Shown: positions 12,819 through 23,371, numbered from the stretch's first letter. The stretch is 64,000 nt of DNA from Smithella sp. PtaU1.Bin162 (GCA_002068015.1 MVRV01000029.1:114426-178425); one strand, 5' to 3'. A program made the numbers and translations. The notes: generated from the sequence alone by a model not told the origin.

Positions 12819-12887
12819 TGATGACATTGCGCTGCAATGTGGAATGGTCACAGGACAGGTTTATTGAATTAATTCAAGGAGGAATAC

Positions 12888-14090
12888 ATGGCTGGTGCAG
12901 AAATGATCGGCAAAGAAGAAATCAGGGAAGTAATGGATGTGCTCGAAACAGGCATCCTGATGAGATATGGTTTTGATAAAGAAAGAAGAGGCATCTATAA
13001 AGTAAGACAATTTGAAGAAGAATTTGCCGGATATTGCAAAGCAGGTTATGCTTTGGGAGTAACTTCCGGTTCGGCGGCACTCAAGGTAGCGCTTACGGCA
13101 CTCGATGTCGGTCCCGGAGATGAAGTACTGGTACCGTGCTTCACGTTTTTGGCGACTTATGAAGCAGTTATGGAAGTGGGTGCCATTCCCGTTATGGTTG
13201 ATATTGACGACACGCTCAACCTTGATCCGCAGGAAATTGAAAGAAAAAAAACACCATACACCAAAGCCATAATTCCTGTACACATGTGTGGTTCAGCAGC
13301 CAGAATCGATAAAATTATGGAAGTGGCCCGCAAGAACAAACTGCTGGTCCTGGAAGATAACGCCCAAGGTTGCGGAGCAAGCTTTCAGGGTAAGAAACTG
13401 GGCAGCTTCGGTGAGATGGGCTGTTTCAGTTTTGACTATGTGAAAACCGTAACCACCGGTGAAGGCGGGATGATAATCACCGATAGTCTTGATTTGTATC
13501 ACCGTGCCGAATGGTATCACGACCACGGCCACGATCATAATCCCCAAGTCAGCCGTGCTCTGGAAGGCAGAACGATCCTCGGCTTCAATTACAGGATGAA
13601 TGAATTGCAAGGGGCGTTGGGGCTCGCGCAATTGCACAAGCTTGATTATATTGTAGCTGAACAAAAGAAAAATAAACAGATTATTAAAGATGCACTGGCC
13701 CAGGTTCCGGGTGTGAAGTTCCGTACACTTCCTGATCCGGCGGGAGATTCCGCCACCTTCTTGGCTTTCAATCTGCCGGAGGAAGGCCTGGCGCAAAGGT
13801 TTCAGAATATGCTTTCGGCCGAAGGCGTGGATACCGTCTGCTACAAAAGAAATTTATGGCATTATGTTCCGAACTGGGAACATTTTCTGGCGCGTTCCAC
13901 GGCCAGTTCCAAAAAATATCCGTTTACCGATCCGACTTACAAAGGTAAAGTGCAATATACGAGAGAGAGCATTCCCCAGGCGGAAGATATTTTAGGACGG
14001 ACTCTCGTGATGGGCATATCGGTAAAAATGAGTCCGGAAAAATTGAATTCCATTAAAAAAGGAATAGAACAGGCTGCGAAAAATATGTAG
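12888..14090 (+). CDS. DegT/DnrJ/EryC1/StrS-family PLP aminotransferase
   Basis: 400 aa with GDEVLVPCFTF and the PLP-lysine context FSFDYVKTVTTGEGG. Confidence 0.85.
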   Translation: MAGAEMIGKEEIREVMDVLETGILMRYGFDKERRGIYKVRQFEEEFAGYCKAGYALGVTSGSAALKVALTALDVGPGDEVLVPCFTFLATYEAVMEVGAIPVMVDIDDTLNLDPQEIERKKTPYTKAIIPVHMCGSAARIDKIMEVARKNKLLVLEDNAQGCGASFQGKKLGSFGEMGCFSFDYVKTVTTGEGGMIITDSLDLYHRAEWYHDHGHDHNPQVSRALEGRTILGFNYRMNELQGALGLAQLHKLDYIVAEQKKNKQIIKDALAQVPGVKFRTLPDPAGDSATFLAFNLPEEGLAQRFQNMLSAEGVDTVCYKRNLWHYVPNWEHFLARSTASSKKYPFTDPTYKGKVQYTRESIPQAEDILGRTLVMGISVKMSPEKLNSIKKGIEQAAKNM

Positions 14091-14111
14091 AATCAAATAT
14101 TATACATTATA

Positions 14112-14150
14112 AAAAAGCCGCACTTTGTAAAAGAATGTGCGGCTTTTTTA
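14112..14150 (+). terminator. rho-independent terminator
   Basis: AAAAAGCCGCAC (14112-14123) pairs with GTGCGGCTTTTT (14137-14148), followed by a T-run, 20 nt after the aminotransferase stop. Confidence 0.75.
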
Positions 14151-14400
14151 TGCTTAGAACATACAACAATAATGATCGGGCGGAGAAACTGTAACAGGTG
14201 TTTTGATCTAATGATAATAAAGAACTCTTCATTATCCCATAGTTATTATTGTTAAAATTCCTTTCCTGGCCGTCATGTTCGGAAATGTGTTGTTTTTTCC
14301 CACACTTTTTGCTAAGCAATTCTTACAATTCAATAAGTGTTATCGTGCAGACACATCATAGGTATCTATTAATAGTATATTATTCGAAAGAAGAAATAAC

Positions 14401-15786
14401 TTGAAAGAGACCTTAACAAGCAACGAAATTCATGATTTGATATTTGACAGCCTGTTTAAAATGACTGTCGCTATAGTAACGGATTCGCAAGACAGAATCG
14501 CTGCTGTCAACGACCACTATGCAAAAATATTGAATCGTGAAGCAAAAGAGATAATCGGCCGTCCTGTTGTTGAAATTGTTCCCAATACATACATTCCGAT
14601 AGTCCGACAAAAAGGAAATCCGGAGGTCCGGCTTTTTACCCTGTTTAACGGCGAAAAAGTTGTGGCCAGTTACGTTCCCTTTATCAAAGATAAGAAGGTA
14701 GTCGGTGTGTTTGCTTATTCTTCCGTAAACACCACGGAATGTCTGAATACGCTCTCGACAATGGATATAATAGCTCGTTTGAACGACGAGATGAATCAAT
14801 TTAAAAATGAATTGCAGAAATTAAGGGGATCCAAATACTCTTTAAATAACATCATCGGTTCTTCCGTGAAGATGCAGGGAACAAAAGAACTGGTCAAAAA
14901 AGTAGCGCAAACAAAATCAACCGTATTAATAACCGGCGAGACGGGGACGGGCAAGGAATTGTTTGCCCACGCCATTCATCAGGCGAGCCACCGCAGCCAT
15001 CATCCCTTTATCGCCTTGAATTGTGCCGCCATTCCCCGCGAACTGATCGAATCGGAATTATTCGGTTATGAAGAAGGCGCATTCAGCGGTGCAAAAAAGG
15101 GCGGTAAGCCCGGAAAATTCGAATTGGCGCACCAGGGGACATTATTTCTCGATGAAATAGATCAATTGCCGCTGCCTCTGCAATCCAAAATATTAAGGGC
15201 TATTCAGGAAAAAGAGTTTGAAAGGGTGGGCGGTACGAAAAACATTCGTCCGGATATCCGCCTGATATGCACCTCCAACAGGAACCTGAGAGAGCTGGTG
15301 GAGAAAGGAGAATTCCGGGAGGATTTATATTATCGTATTAATGTAGTGTCTTTATATGTACCGCCGCTTCGGGAGCGGTTGGACGACATTCCCGATCTGG
15401 TCAGGCATTTAATTAATAAAATAAACAGAGAGCTGGGCCTGAACATCACCGGAATTCACAAAGGTATCCTGGAATCTTTTCAGGGGTATCACTGGCCGGG
15501 CAATGTCCGGGAACTGGAACACATTTTGGAAAGAGCCGCCAATTTTGCTCTCTCCGGAGAGCTGCAGTCTTATCATTTTGAAAAATTTGTACCAAGATTA
15601 TTTGATGGCGTAATAAAAGAATCTATTGGAAAACCAATGAATTTAAACGAGCAAAAGGTCAGAATGGAGAGGGAAGCCATTATTAACGCTTTGAATGTTA
15701 CAAAAGGTAATAAAAAAAGAGCTTCCGAGATCCTGCAAATCGACAGAAGCATCCTTTATAAGAAAATTCAACGCTATAAAATTTAG
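14401..15786 (+). CDS. sigma-54-dependent transcriptional activator with N-terminal PAS domain
   Basis: 461 aa. It has a PAS-like N-terminus, an AAA+ core ([23 protein letters not shown] as the GAFTGA-type loop, TLFLDEI) and a C-terminal Fis-type HTH ([18 protein letters not shown]). The start is TTG and is uncertain. Confidence 0.9.
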   Translation: MKETLTSNEIHDLIFDSLFKMTVAIVTDSQDRIAAVNDHYAKILNREAKEIIGRPVVEIVPNTYIPIVRQKGNPEVRLFTLFNGEKVVASYVPFIKDKKVVGVFAYSSVNTTECLNTLSTMDIIARLNDEMNQFKNELQKLRGSKYSLNNIIGSSVKMQGTKELVKKVAQTKSTVLITGETGTGKELFAHAIHQASHRSHHPFIALNCAAIPRELIESELFGYEEGAFSGAKKGGKPGKFELAHQGTLFLDEIDQLPLPLQSKILRAIQEKEFERVGGTKNIRPDIRLICTSNRNLRELVEKGEFREDLYYRINVVSLYVPPLRERLDDIPDLVRHLINKINRELGLNITGIHKGILESFQGYHWPGNVRELEHILERAANFALSGELQSYHFEKFVPRLFDGVIKESIGKPMNLNEQKVRMEREAIINALNVTKGNKKRASEILQIDRSILYKKIQRYKI

Positions 15787-15887
15787 ACATCAGAAAATCC
15801 CTGTAACAACCGGAGAAAAATGGGCAAAGCAGGGACGGGGAACATAACCTTGATTGGTCAAAGGAAGGAATGAAAAGAGGAGCATCA

Positions 15888-16814
15888 ATGATTCATAACT
15901 TCAGGGAGTTAATGGAAGCGGCAACCAAAAGCGGACCAAAAAGAATCGTTGTGGCGGCAGCAGACGAAAACGAAACGCTCAATGCAATTGTTCAGGCATC
16001 CCGGATGAAACTCGTTTTGCCTACTCTGGTCGGCAACAAGGAATGGATCGAGATCATGCTGGACAAAAAGGACATTCCTAAAGGGAGCTTTGAGATTATT
16101 CATGAGAAGGATTCGATAAAGGCAGCCGCCGTTGCTGCACAGATAGTCCGGGAGGGTAGCGCCGATATTCTTATGAAAGGCGATGTTGTCACCTCAAAGT
16201 TCCTGCAGGCGGCTCTGGGATCGCCCGGGAACCTCAAGAGCGGTCTTTTCAGCGATGTTGAAGTCTATGAAGATGTTAGAGAAGATGCCCGTCTGGTGTT
16301 GGTAAGCGATGGTGGAGTGAACATATCCCCCGGCATTAAACAGAAGCTGGAGATCATCAGGAATGCCGTTGCCGTTGTGCATCGCCTCGGTATCAAGAGT
16401 CCGAAGGTTGCGCTTCTGTCCGGATCGGAAAAGGTACATCCTGATTTTCAATCAACCATTGACGCAGTTGCCCTGGTGAAAATGTGCCAGGATGGAGCCG
16501 TGGATGATTGCGTGGTTGATGGTCCGTTTGCTCTGGATAATGCCATAGATCTTGCTTCCGCCCGTGCGAAAGGGGTGGAATCGCCTGTGGCAGGCAGTGC
16601 AAATATTCTCATCATGCCTAATCTGGAAGCCGGCAATATCTTCTGCAAATGCCTCCAGTACTACGCAGGAAGGATGCTCATCCATGTGGGCATGGGTGCC
16701 AAAGTTCCCATCCTGATTGATTCGCGCACAGCCAAAGCGGAAGAAAAGTTGCACTCTATCGCGCTGGCCAAACTCATCTGTGAGAGTTCCCGGCAGGAAA
16801 GAGAGGCGGAATAA
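15888..16814 (+). CDS. phosphate butyryl/acetyltransferase-family phosphotransacylase (Ptb-like)
   Basis: Collinear similarity to clostridial Ptb (VVAAADE..., MKGDV, VVDGPFALDNA, MPNLEAGNI). The ATG at 15888 follows GAGGAG; 15870 is an alternative start. Confidence 0.8.
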   Translation: MIHNFRELMEAATKSGPKRIVVAAADENETLNAIVQASRMKLVLPTLVGNKEWIEIMLDKKDIPKGSFEIIHEKDSIKAAAVAAQIVREGSADILMKGDVVTSKFLQAALGSPGNLKSGLFSDVEVYEDVREDARLVLVSDGGVNISPGIKQKLEIIRNAVAVVHRLGIKSPKVALLSGSEKVHPDFQSTIDAVALVKMCQDGAVDDCVVDGPFALDNAIDLASARAKGVESPVAGSANILIMPNLEAGNIFCKCLQYYAGRMLIHVGMGAKVPILIDSRTAKAEEKLHSIALAKLICESSRQEREAE

Positions 16815-16816
16815 AC

Positions 16817-17263
16817 ATGAAGGACAAAAACTACTTTATTCGGCAGATATCTGTCTTTATAGATAATAAACCGGCCACGCTGGCCGGGATGGCGCGCCGC
16901 TTGGCGGAAAAAAACATTAATCTGCGGGCCCTCTCTCTGGCGGAAACACGCGATTTCGGGACTGCCCGCATTATTGTCGCCGATCCTGATCAATGTGTCG
17001 AAGTGTTGAAAAAAAACGGGTACCATTTGATGGAAAACGATGTACTCGCTGTAGAAGTTGCCGACCGGCCCGGTGGCATGGCGGATGTTCTTGAATGTAT
17101 AGCCCGGGAGCATGTCAGCGTGGAATATGCTTATGCCATGATAGAAAAGCGGGAGGGCAAGGCAGTCATCATATTGCGGGTTGATAATATGGAGAGGGCG
17201 ATCATGGCTTTGCGGAATAACAATGTCCGTCTCCTCACCGGGAAGGATGTGGCGTTTATATAA
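16817..17263 (+). CDS. ACT-domain (small-molecule-binding) protein
   Basis: 148 aa with two ACT-like beta-alpha-beta-beta-alpha-beta halves (ISVFIDNKPATLAGMARRLAEKNINL..., AVEVADRPGGMADVLECIAREHVSV). It starts 2 nt after the Ptb-like stop. Confidence 0.7.
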   Translation: MKDKNYFIRQISVFIDNKPATLAGMARRLAEKNINLRALSLAETRDFGTARIIVADPDQCVEVLKKNGYHLMENDVLAVEVADRPGGMADVLECIAREHVSVEYAYAMIEKREGKAVIILRVDNMERAIMALRNNNVRLLTGKDVAFI

Positions 17264-17269
17264 TTGGTT

Positions 17270-17309
17270 TGTAGTCAATTGCTACACTTTGTTGTAGTTT
17301 TTAACTACA
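17270..17309. promoter_or_regulatory. tandem 17-bp palindromes TGTAG-N7-CTACA (candidate enhancer-binding-protein sites)
   Basis: TGTAGTCAATTGCTACA (17270-17286) and TGTAGTTTTTAACTACA (17293-17309). Their centres are 23 bp apart, about 58 and 81 bp upstream of the -24 element at 17359. Confidence 0.45.
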
Positions 17310-17357
17310 TTATCCATTTTACAAATGACAAACGGTCGAATTTATAAGGTATTATTT

Positions 17358-17373
17358 TGGCATATAAAATGCG
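17358..17373 (+). promoter_or_regulatory. sigma-54 (-24/-12) promoter
   Basis: TGGCATATAAAATGCG has GG-N10-GC with exact canonical spacing, against the consensus TGGCAC-N5-TTGCW. It lies 42 nt upstream of the BKACE ATG. Confidence 0.6.
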
Positions 17374-17414
17374 TACAGGGTTTAAGTTAAAAAAATGAAA
17401 AGGATAGAATAATT

Positions 17415-18350
17415 ATGGATAACAAAATTATTATTACAGCGGCAATCACCGGTTCTGTTCATATCCCCACCATGAGCGACTATCTTCCCATAACACCGGA
17501 TCAGATTGTAGAAGATGCTGTTGTGGCACATGAGGCAGGTGCTGCTATTGCCCACATTCATGTCAGGAATCCTGAAAACGGCCTGCCTACATCCAGTCCT
17601 GAACTTTTTATGGAAGTATGCAGCAGGATCAAAGCCAGATGCAATATTGTTCTGCTTCCCACCACCGGCGGCGGCATGAACCAGACCACGGAAGAAAAAC
17701 TGATCCCGATCAAACAATTGAAGCCGGAGATGTGCTCTTTTGATCCGGCGCCTTTTAATTTCGGCATATTTCAACTTGCCGGTCGTTTTGAAAAATATAA
17801 ATACGATTGGGAAAAAGATTACCTGGAGATGTGTAAAAATGTTACTTTCCGGCCGACTTTCAGTGATGACATGATCTACGCCAAGACCTTTCTGGAAATT
17901 GAGACGAAGCCGGAGCTGGAAATTTATGAACTGGGACATATCTCTTATGTCAAATGGCTTTTAGAAGAAAATCTTTTAAAAACCCCCGTTCATCTCCAGT
18001 TTGTTTTTGGTCCCATGGTCGGCTGGATGACTCCTTCCGTAAAACATCTGGTACTGATCCATGACGAAGCCATAGAAGTGCTTGGTGAAAATAATTTTAC
18101 CTGGTCGGTGGCAGCAGGCGGCCGTTTCCAGATACCTATAACAACAACTGCTATGGCTATGGGCGCTAAAAATGTCAGAGTTGGTCTGGAAGATTCCATC
18201 TATGCAGGAAAGAGTATTTTGGCCAAAACCAGCGCAGAACAGGTCAATATAGTAAAAAGAATTGCCAAAGAATTTAGTCTGGAACCGGCCAGCTCCGATG
18301 AAGCCAGACAGATTTTAGGATTAAAAGGGCTGGACAAGGTTAATTTTTAA
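17415..18350 (+). CDS. BKACE-family beta-keto acid cleavage enzyme (3-keto-5-aminohexanoate cleavage enzyme family, DUF849), paralog 1
   Basis: 311 aa with IIITAAITGSVHIPTMS, AAIAHIHVRNPENG and RVGLEDS motifs characteristic of the Kce/BKACE TIM-barrel Zn enzymes. Confidence 0.85.
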   Translation: MDNKIIITAAITGSVHIPTMSDYLPITPDQIVEDAVVAHEAGAAIAHIHVRNPENGLPTSSPELFMEVCSRIKARCNIVLLPTTGGGMNQTTEEKLIPIKQLKPEMCSFDPAPFNFGIFQLAGRFEKYKYDWEKDYLEMCKNVTFRPTFSDDMIYAKTFLEIETKPELEIYELGHISYVKWLLEENLLKTPVHLQFVFGPMVGWMTPSVKHLVLIHDEAIEVLGENNFTWSVAAGGRFQIPITTTAMAMGAKNVRVGLEDSIYAGKSILAKTSAEQVNIVKRIAKEFSLEPASSDEARQILGLKGLDKVNF

Positions 18351-18423
18351 CAGTGCCCGAATAACGACATTGACGGGAATCAATGAATTCCAGAAGTTTT
18401 AAGTAATAAAAATTGGGGGCATC

Positions 18424-20004
18424 ATGCACTACGGAGAAGATTTCTACAACGCAGCGGATTGGTTAATCGACCGTAACGTTCGCGAAGGCCGCGGCGATAA
18501 GATAGCCGTCTATTCGCAGCACAAAAATTTAACGTATAAAGAACTCCAGACCATGATTAACAAAACCGGTAATTTACTCAAAAAAATGGGAATCGGGATT
18601 GATGATCGTGTCATGATGCTTGTACTGGATATACCTATGTTTCTTGGTGTATTTTACGGCGCAATCAAAATCGGAGCTAATCCGATTCCCATCAATACTA
18701 TGATGATGCCGGACGATTATAAATATTATCTTAACGACAGCCGCGCCAAAGTTCTTTTTATCTCGGACGCGCTCGTTCCGCAGATAGAAGCAATCAAGGA
18801 AGACCTGCTCTATCTCAGAGATGTAGTAGTTATTAATGAAGTTACAGGATTGGATCTGCCTTACAATCATCTTTATAATATGGCCTCGGAAAACCTGGAA
18901 TGCGCCTATACGACAGCTGATGATAACTGTTTCTGGCTGTACAGTTCAGGATCAACAGGAGCGCCTAAAGGTGTAATCCATGCGCATAAAGACATGGAAA
19001 CAGTGGCCGTAAACTATGCCCGGGGCGTGCTGGGTATGAAAGAAAGCGATATAACCCTGTCGGCAGCCCGTCTGTTCTTTGCCTATGGTCTCGGTAATGC
19101 CGGATATTTCGCATTTTCCGTCGGCGGTTCTACAATTCTTCATTCAGCTGCGCCTAAGCCGGAAGGAATGTATGATCTGTTTAAAAAATTCAAACCAACT
19201 GTATATTTCGGTGTACCGACCCTTTATGGTGCAATGCTGGCTCTTCAGGAACAGAGAGACAAAGAAGCAGGCCTCAAGAATCCGGGACCATCGGATGCGC
19301 ATGCTTGCGGCTCCCTGCGCCTTTGCGTATCAGCCGGCGAAGCTCTGCCTGCTGAACTCTACAACAGATGGAAAGCCCGTTATGGTATAGATATTTTAGA
19401 CGGTATCGGATCAACGGAACTGCTGCACATATATATTTCCAACCGTCCTGATGATATCAGACCGGGGGCAAGCGGAAAAGCAACTCCGCATTACGAACTT
19501 AAGATCGTGAATGATGAAGGTAAGGAAGCGGAAGTCGACGAGCCGGGTACAATGATGGTAAGATGCGACAGCGCCGCCATGCTGTACTGGAAAAAACGTG
19601 CAAAAACACGCGCCACAATGCAAGGCGAATGGCTCAATACAGGCGATAAATACTACCGGGACAAGGACGGTTACTATTTTTGTGCCGGCCGCGGCGACGA
19701 TATGCTGAAAGTCGGCGGTATCTGGGTGTCTCCGGTGGAAGTAGAGGCATGCTTAATTGAGCATCCGGCAGTACTGGAAGCAGCCGTAACAGGTAAAGAA
19801 GACGAAGAAAAACTCGTCAAGCCCAAGGCATGGGTTGTACTGAAACAGGGGCAAAAGCCGTCGGAGGCACTGGCCAAAGAATTACAGCGGTGGTGTCTTG
19901 ATAAAATGGCCAAGTACAAATATCCGCGCTGGATTGAGTTTGTTGAAGCACTTCCCAAAACACCGACGGGAAAGATTCAGCGCTTTAAACTGCGCGCCAA
20001 GTAA
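18424..20004 (+). CDS. AMP-forming acyl-CoA ligase, benzoate-CoA-ligase-like subfamily
   Basis: 526 aa with the AMP-binding P-loop YSSGSTGAPKG, the TGD motif and a C-terminal PKTPTGKIQR. Confidence 0.85.
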   Translation: MHYGEDFYNAADWLIDRNVREGRGDKIAVYSQHKNLTYKELQTMINKTGNLLKKMGIGIDDRVMMLVLDIPMFLGVFYGAIKIGANPIPINTMMMPDDYKYYLNDSRAKVLFISDALVPQIEAIKEDLLYLRDVVVINEVTGLDLPYNHLYNMASENLECAYTTADDNCFWLYSSGSTGAPKGVIHAHKDMETVAVNYARGVLGMKESDITLSAARLFFAYGLGNAGYFAFSVGGSTILHSAAPKPEGMYDLFKKFKPTVYFGVPTLYGAMLALQEQRDKEAGLKNPGPSDAHACGSLRLCVSAGEALPAELYNRWKARYGIDILDGIGSTELLHIYISNRPDDIRPGASGKATPHYELKIVNDEGKEAEVDEPGTMMVRCDSAAMLYWKKRAKTRATMQGEWLNTGDKYYRDKDGYYFCAGRGDDMLKVGGIWVSPVEVEACLIEHPAVLEAAVTGKEDEEKLVKPKAWVVLKQGQKPSEALAKELQRWCLDKMAKYKYPRWIEFVEALPKTPTGKIQRFKLRAK

Positions 20005-20378
20005 ATTATAAGCCCGTTTTTTAGCACTGAATATACATGAAAAGTTGCAGTCAAGATGAACCGCTTTGTGCATAAGCGCAATAAAAAAGGGTGTCATTAA
20101 TAATAATGAGAGGACATTTTCTACCGGTTTAGATTTCGATTGTTGTTTATGTCTGTATCCGGTAGAGTGCCTTGTGGGCCGGCGGCTTGTTTTTTACTGA
20201 TGATACCCCCGCAGCTCATCCGGTTAGAGTATCCTTATTGTTCGCCTTCCGGGCGAGAGTTGCATGAACAGTGAAAAATTTCATGCAGCTTAAGCAGGAG
20301 GGGCAAGAGGATGTATTTTAGGCGTTTGAACGGTAAAACGCTTAAAACAATTTATTTCAGACAAGGAGGAAATCATTT

Positions 20379-21431
20379 ATGAAGAAAAAGCTGTTTGTTG
20401 GCGTAGCTGTAATGGCGCTTCTGATTGCCTTGGTGTCGTCGGCCATGGCACAGGACAAAGTCATCAAGTGGAAAGTACAGGGGTTTGTTCCGGCGGGAAT
20501 GCTTTTCCATGAGACACTGGTACGTACTGCTAATTTAGTCAAAGAAGTGACCGGGGGAAGGCTGATCTGGGAAGTATATCCGGCAGGCGCCCTGGTACCT
20601 CCGTTTGAAGGGCTCAAGGCCGTAAGCGACGGCGTATATGACGTCAATTACAGTTATACCGGGCAATGGGTGGGTAAAATCCCAGTCGCACCGCTCTTTA
20701 CCGCAGCTCCCGGCGGTCTGAATGTCGTGGATATGCAGATGTGGCTGGAATATGGCGGTGGAAAACAACTTTTCCAGGAAATGTATGATAAATACGGCTA
20801 CAACGTCAAAGTGTTTCTGGGTGCGCCGATCTCCATGGAAATTTTTCTCTGGTCCAAGAAACCTCTGCGTACACTTAAAGATTTTAAAGGACTCAAACTG
20901 CGCATGATGCCGGTTATGGGCGATGTTTTGACAAAGAACGGCCTTCCCGTTGTGTTCATGCCTGCCGGCGAAATCATTCCTAACCTGCAGCGCGGTGTTA
21001 TCGATGCCGCCGAATACAGTATTCCCGCCTTCGATAAAAGCCTGGGAATCTGGCAGGTCTGCAAATACCTTCAAGTTCCGGGGATTCACCAGCCCGCCTC
21101 CCAGACGGAATTTATCGTGAACAAAAAATCCTATGAAGCACTGCCGGCTGATCTGAAAGTTTTGTTGGATGCAGCCATATGGAAATCCCGTTTAGAAGAC
21201 TGGCTCTGGATGGAGGCTAAAAATCTGGAAGCAATGGACTTCTTCAAAGAAAAGGGTATCACTATAGTGCAGATGGATCCGGAAACCGTCAGGACCTTTA
21301 CCAAGTGGGCCCAGGATTATCTGGATGAACGAGGCGCCAAGGACGAATTTTTCGGTAAGGTCTGGAATTCGCAAAAAGCTTTCGGCAAGAAATGGTATCC
21401 TTACTCCAAAATGTTTACACTGCCCCATTGA
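20379..21431 (+). CDS. TRAP transporter substrate-binding protein (DctP family)
   Basis: 350 aa with a signal peptide (…ALVSSAMA/QD) and DctP-type fold motifs. It is followed by the Q and M subunits. Confidence 0.85.
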   Translation: MKKKLFVGVAVMALLIALVSSAMAQDKVIKWKVQGFVPAGMLFHETLVRTANLVKEVTGGRLIWEVYPAGALVPPFEGLKAVSDGVYDVNYSYTGQWVGKIPVAPLFTAAPGGLNVVDMQMWLEYGGGKQLFQEMYDKYGYNVKVFLGAPISMEIFLWSKKPLRTLKDFKGLKLRMMPVMGDVLTKNGLPVVFMPAGEIIPNLQRGVIDAAEYSIPAFDKSLGIWQVCKYLQVPGIHQPASQTEFIVNKKSYEALPADLKVLLDAAIWKSRLEDWLWMEAKNLEAMDFFKEKGITIVQMDPETVRTFTKWAQDYLDERGAKDEFFGKVWNSQKAFGKKWYPYSKMFTLPH

Positions 21432-21539
21432 TTAATGGAATAACATTATAATATCCGTCTGTAGGGCTTTCCGGCTTATCAACCGGGAAGCCCTGCAGGG
21501 CAGTTTCTCCGCAGAGGGCGGAGTGAGAAAGGAATTGTT

Positions 21540-22052
21540 ATGGAAAAGGTTTTAGGTGTCATTGACGCAATCAGCGAATGGACGGGGAAACTCAGCAGTT
21601 TTCTGATCGCCATCCTGACGCTGGTTATTTGTTATGATATTATAGTACGTTATGTCTTTAGCTCCCCTACCGCCTGGGGCTATGATGTCACCTATATGAT
21701 TTACGGTGTGTACGCCATGCTCGGTATGGCTTACTGTGACAAAATGAAGGGACATGTGCGGATGGATTTAATTTACAGCAACCTGTCGGAGCGGGGCAAA
21801 GCATGGATGGACGCCATCTGCTATCTGATTTTATTCTTTCCCGCACTGATCGTTATAACATACAAGTGCGGCGACCATTCCATATGGGCGCTGCTTGCGG
21901 GTGAGCGGTCATCCGGTAGTGTCTGGCGCCCGTATTTAGGTCCTTTTAAACTGCTTATCACTTTCGGATTTCTGTTGCTCATTTTGCAGGGGGTTGCGGG
22001 TTTTCTGCGTTCGCTCGCTACAGCCCTGAAAGAAGGAAGGAGGATCTCATGA
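21540..22052 (+). CDS. TRAP transporter small permease (DctQ)
   Basis: 170 aa with four hydrophobic helices. It overlaps dctM by 4 nt (ATGA). Confidence 0.8.
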   Translation: MEKVLGVIDAISEWTGKLSSFLIAILTLVICYDIIVRYVFSSPTAWGYDVTYMIYGVYAMLGMAYCDKMKGHVRMDLIYSNLSERGKAWMDAICYLILFFPALIVITYKCGDHSIWALLAGERSSGSVWRPYLGPFKLLITFGFLLLILQGVAGFLRSLATALKEGRRIS

Positions 22053-23371
22053 GTCCTGAACTTACTACAATATTAATGTTTCTGAGTTTGCTGGTTCTGC
22101 TCACGGGATTTCCCCTGGCCTTTGGTATTGCTTCCATGGGAATTTTATTCGGTTATCTGACCGGGGGCAATGCTTTTCTTTATATGATTCCGCAGCGCGT
22201 TATTAACGGTACCCTGTCCGAATATATCCTGGCAGCGGTCCCGCTGTTCATATTTATGGGAGTCAGCATCAGCTCCTCAGGTGTGGCGGAACGATCTTTT
22301 ATAGTGCTCCAGCGATGGATGAGCAGCATCAGGGGAGGATTGGCCATCGCCACAATTACTCTGGCCATTGTTTTTGCCGCCTGTGTCGGTGTTGTCGGTG
22401 CCTCGGTAACGGCCATCGGTATTCTGGCCATTCCGGCCATGCAGAAAGCACGCTACGCCGATTCACTGGCCACAGGAGTGGTCTGTGCGGGCGGTACACT
22501 GGGAATACTGATTCCGCCCAGTATCATGCTTATCCTTTATGCCCCTATTGCCGGAGTGTCGGTAGTGGACATGTATGCGGGAGCGGTTGTCCCCGGTTTG
22601 CTGCTGGGCATACTTTACATAGTTTATGTTATTTTGCGGACGAAGTTCAATCCGGAGATGGGTCCCAGCCTGCCTAAGGAAATGGGTCTGAAATTTTTCT
22701 CGCGGGAGTCCCTCGTACAGGGATTTAAATATCTGGCACCGCCGGTTTTGCTGGTGATATTGGTCATGGGTTCTCTTTTTCTGGGCATTGCCTCCCCTAC
22801 GGAGGCAGGCGCGGTAGGTTCCGTCGGAGCCATTGCCCTGGGATTCATTTACCGTACCATCACCTGGCAGTCCTTCAAGAATGACTGCTATCTGACTTTG
22901 CGCATTACCGCGATGATCATTTTCATCGCCATTGCCGCGAGTCTCTTTACGGGAGCATTTTTGAACGCCGGTTGCGGTCAGGTCATCACGGATGTTTTGC
23001 TGGGTCTGGGCCTGGGGCGCTGGGGTATATTCATTGCGGTGCTGATCATCGTGCTGATACTGGGGTGCTTTATTGACTGGATCGGCATACTTTTAATCAT
23101 GGTGCCGATTTTCGCACCTATCCTGACCACCCTGAAGTTTGATCCGCTTTGGGTAGGTTTGGTGGTTTGTACAAGCTTGCAGGTATCGTTCCTGTCGCCG
23201 CCTTTTGCCTACTCCATTTTTTATGCCAAGGCCATTACTCCGAAGACACCTCTGACGGATATTTATCGCGGAGTTATGCCGTTTGTCGCCATTCAACTGC
23301 TGGTTACTATGCTTTGCATTATTTTTCCGGCTTTGTGTCTCTGGTTGCCGAATCTTTTGTCGCAGGGCTGA
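22049..23371 (+). CDS. TRAP transporter large permease (DctM)
   Basis: 440 aa polytopic membrane protein with typical DctM sequence. Confidence 0.9.
   Translation: MSPELTTILMFLSLLVLLTGFPLAFGIASMGILFGYLTGGNAFLYMIPQRVINGTLSEYILAAVPLFIFMGVSISSSGVAERSFIVLQRWMSSIRGGLAIATITLAIVFAACVGVVGASVTAIGILAIPAMQKARYADSLATGVVCAGGTLGILIPPSIMLILYAPIAGVSVVDMYAGAVVPGLLLGILYIVYVILRTKFNPEMGPSLPKEMGLKFFSRESLVQGFKYLAPPVLLVILVMGSLFLGIASPTEAGAVGSVGAIALGFIYRTITWQSFKNDCYLTLRITAMIIFIAIAASLFTGAFLNAGCGQVITDVLLGLGLGRWGIFIAVLIIVLILGCFIDWIGILLIMVPIFAPILTTLKFDPLWVGLVVCTSLQVSFLSPPFAYSIFYAKAITPKTPLTDIYRGVMPFVAIQLLVTMLCIIFPALCLWLPNLLSQG

Noticed and set aside
20246-20266. TTGCAT upstream of dctP, considered as a sigma-54 -12 element.
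   Set aside because: The upstream GG is offset by one nucleotide (CCGGGC in place of TGGCAC), so the spacing is non-canonical.
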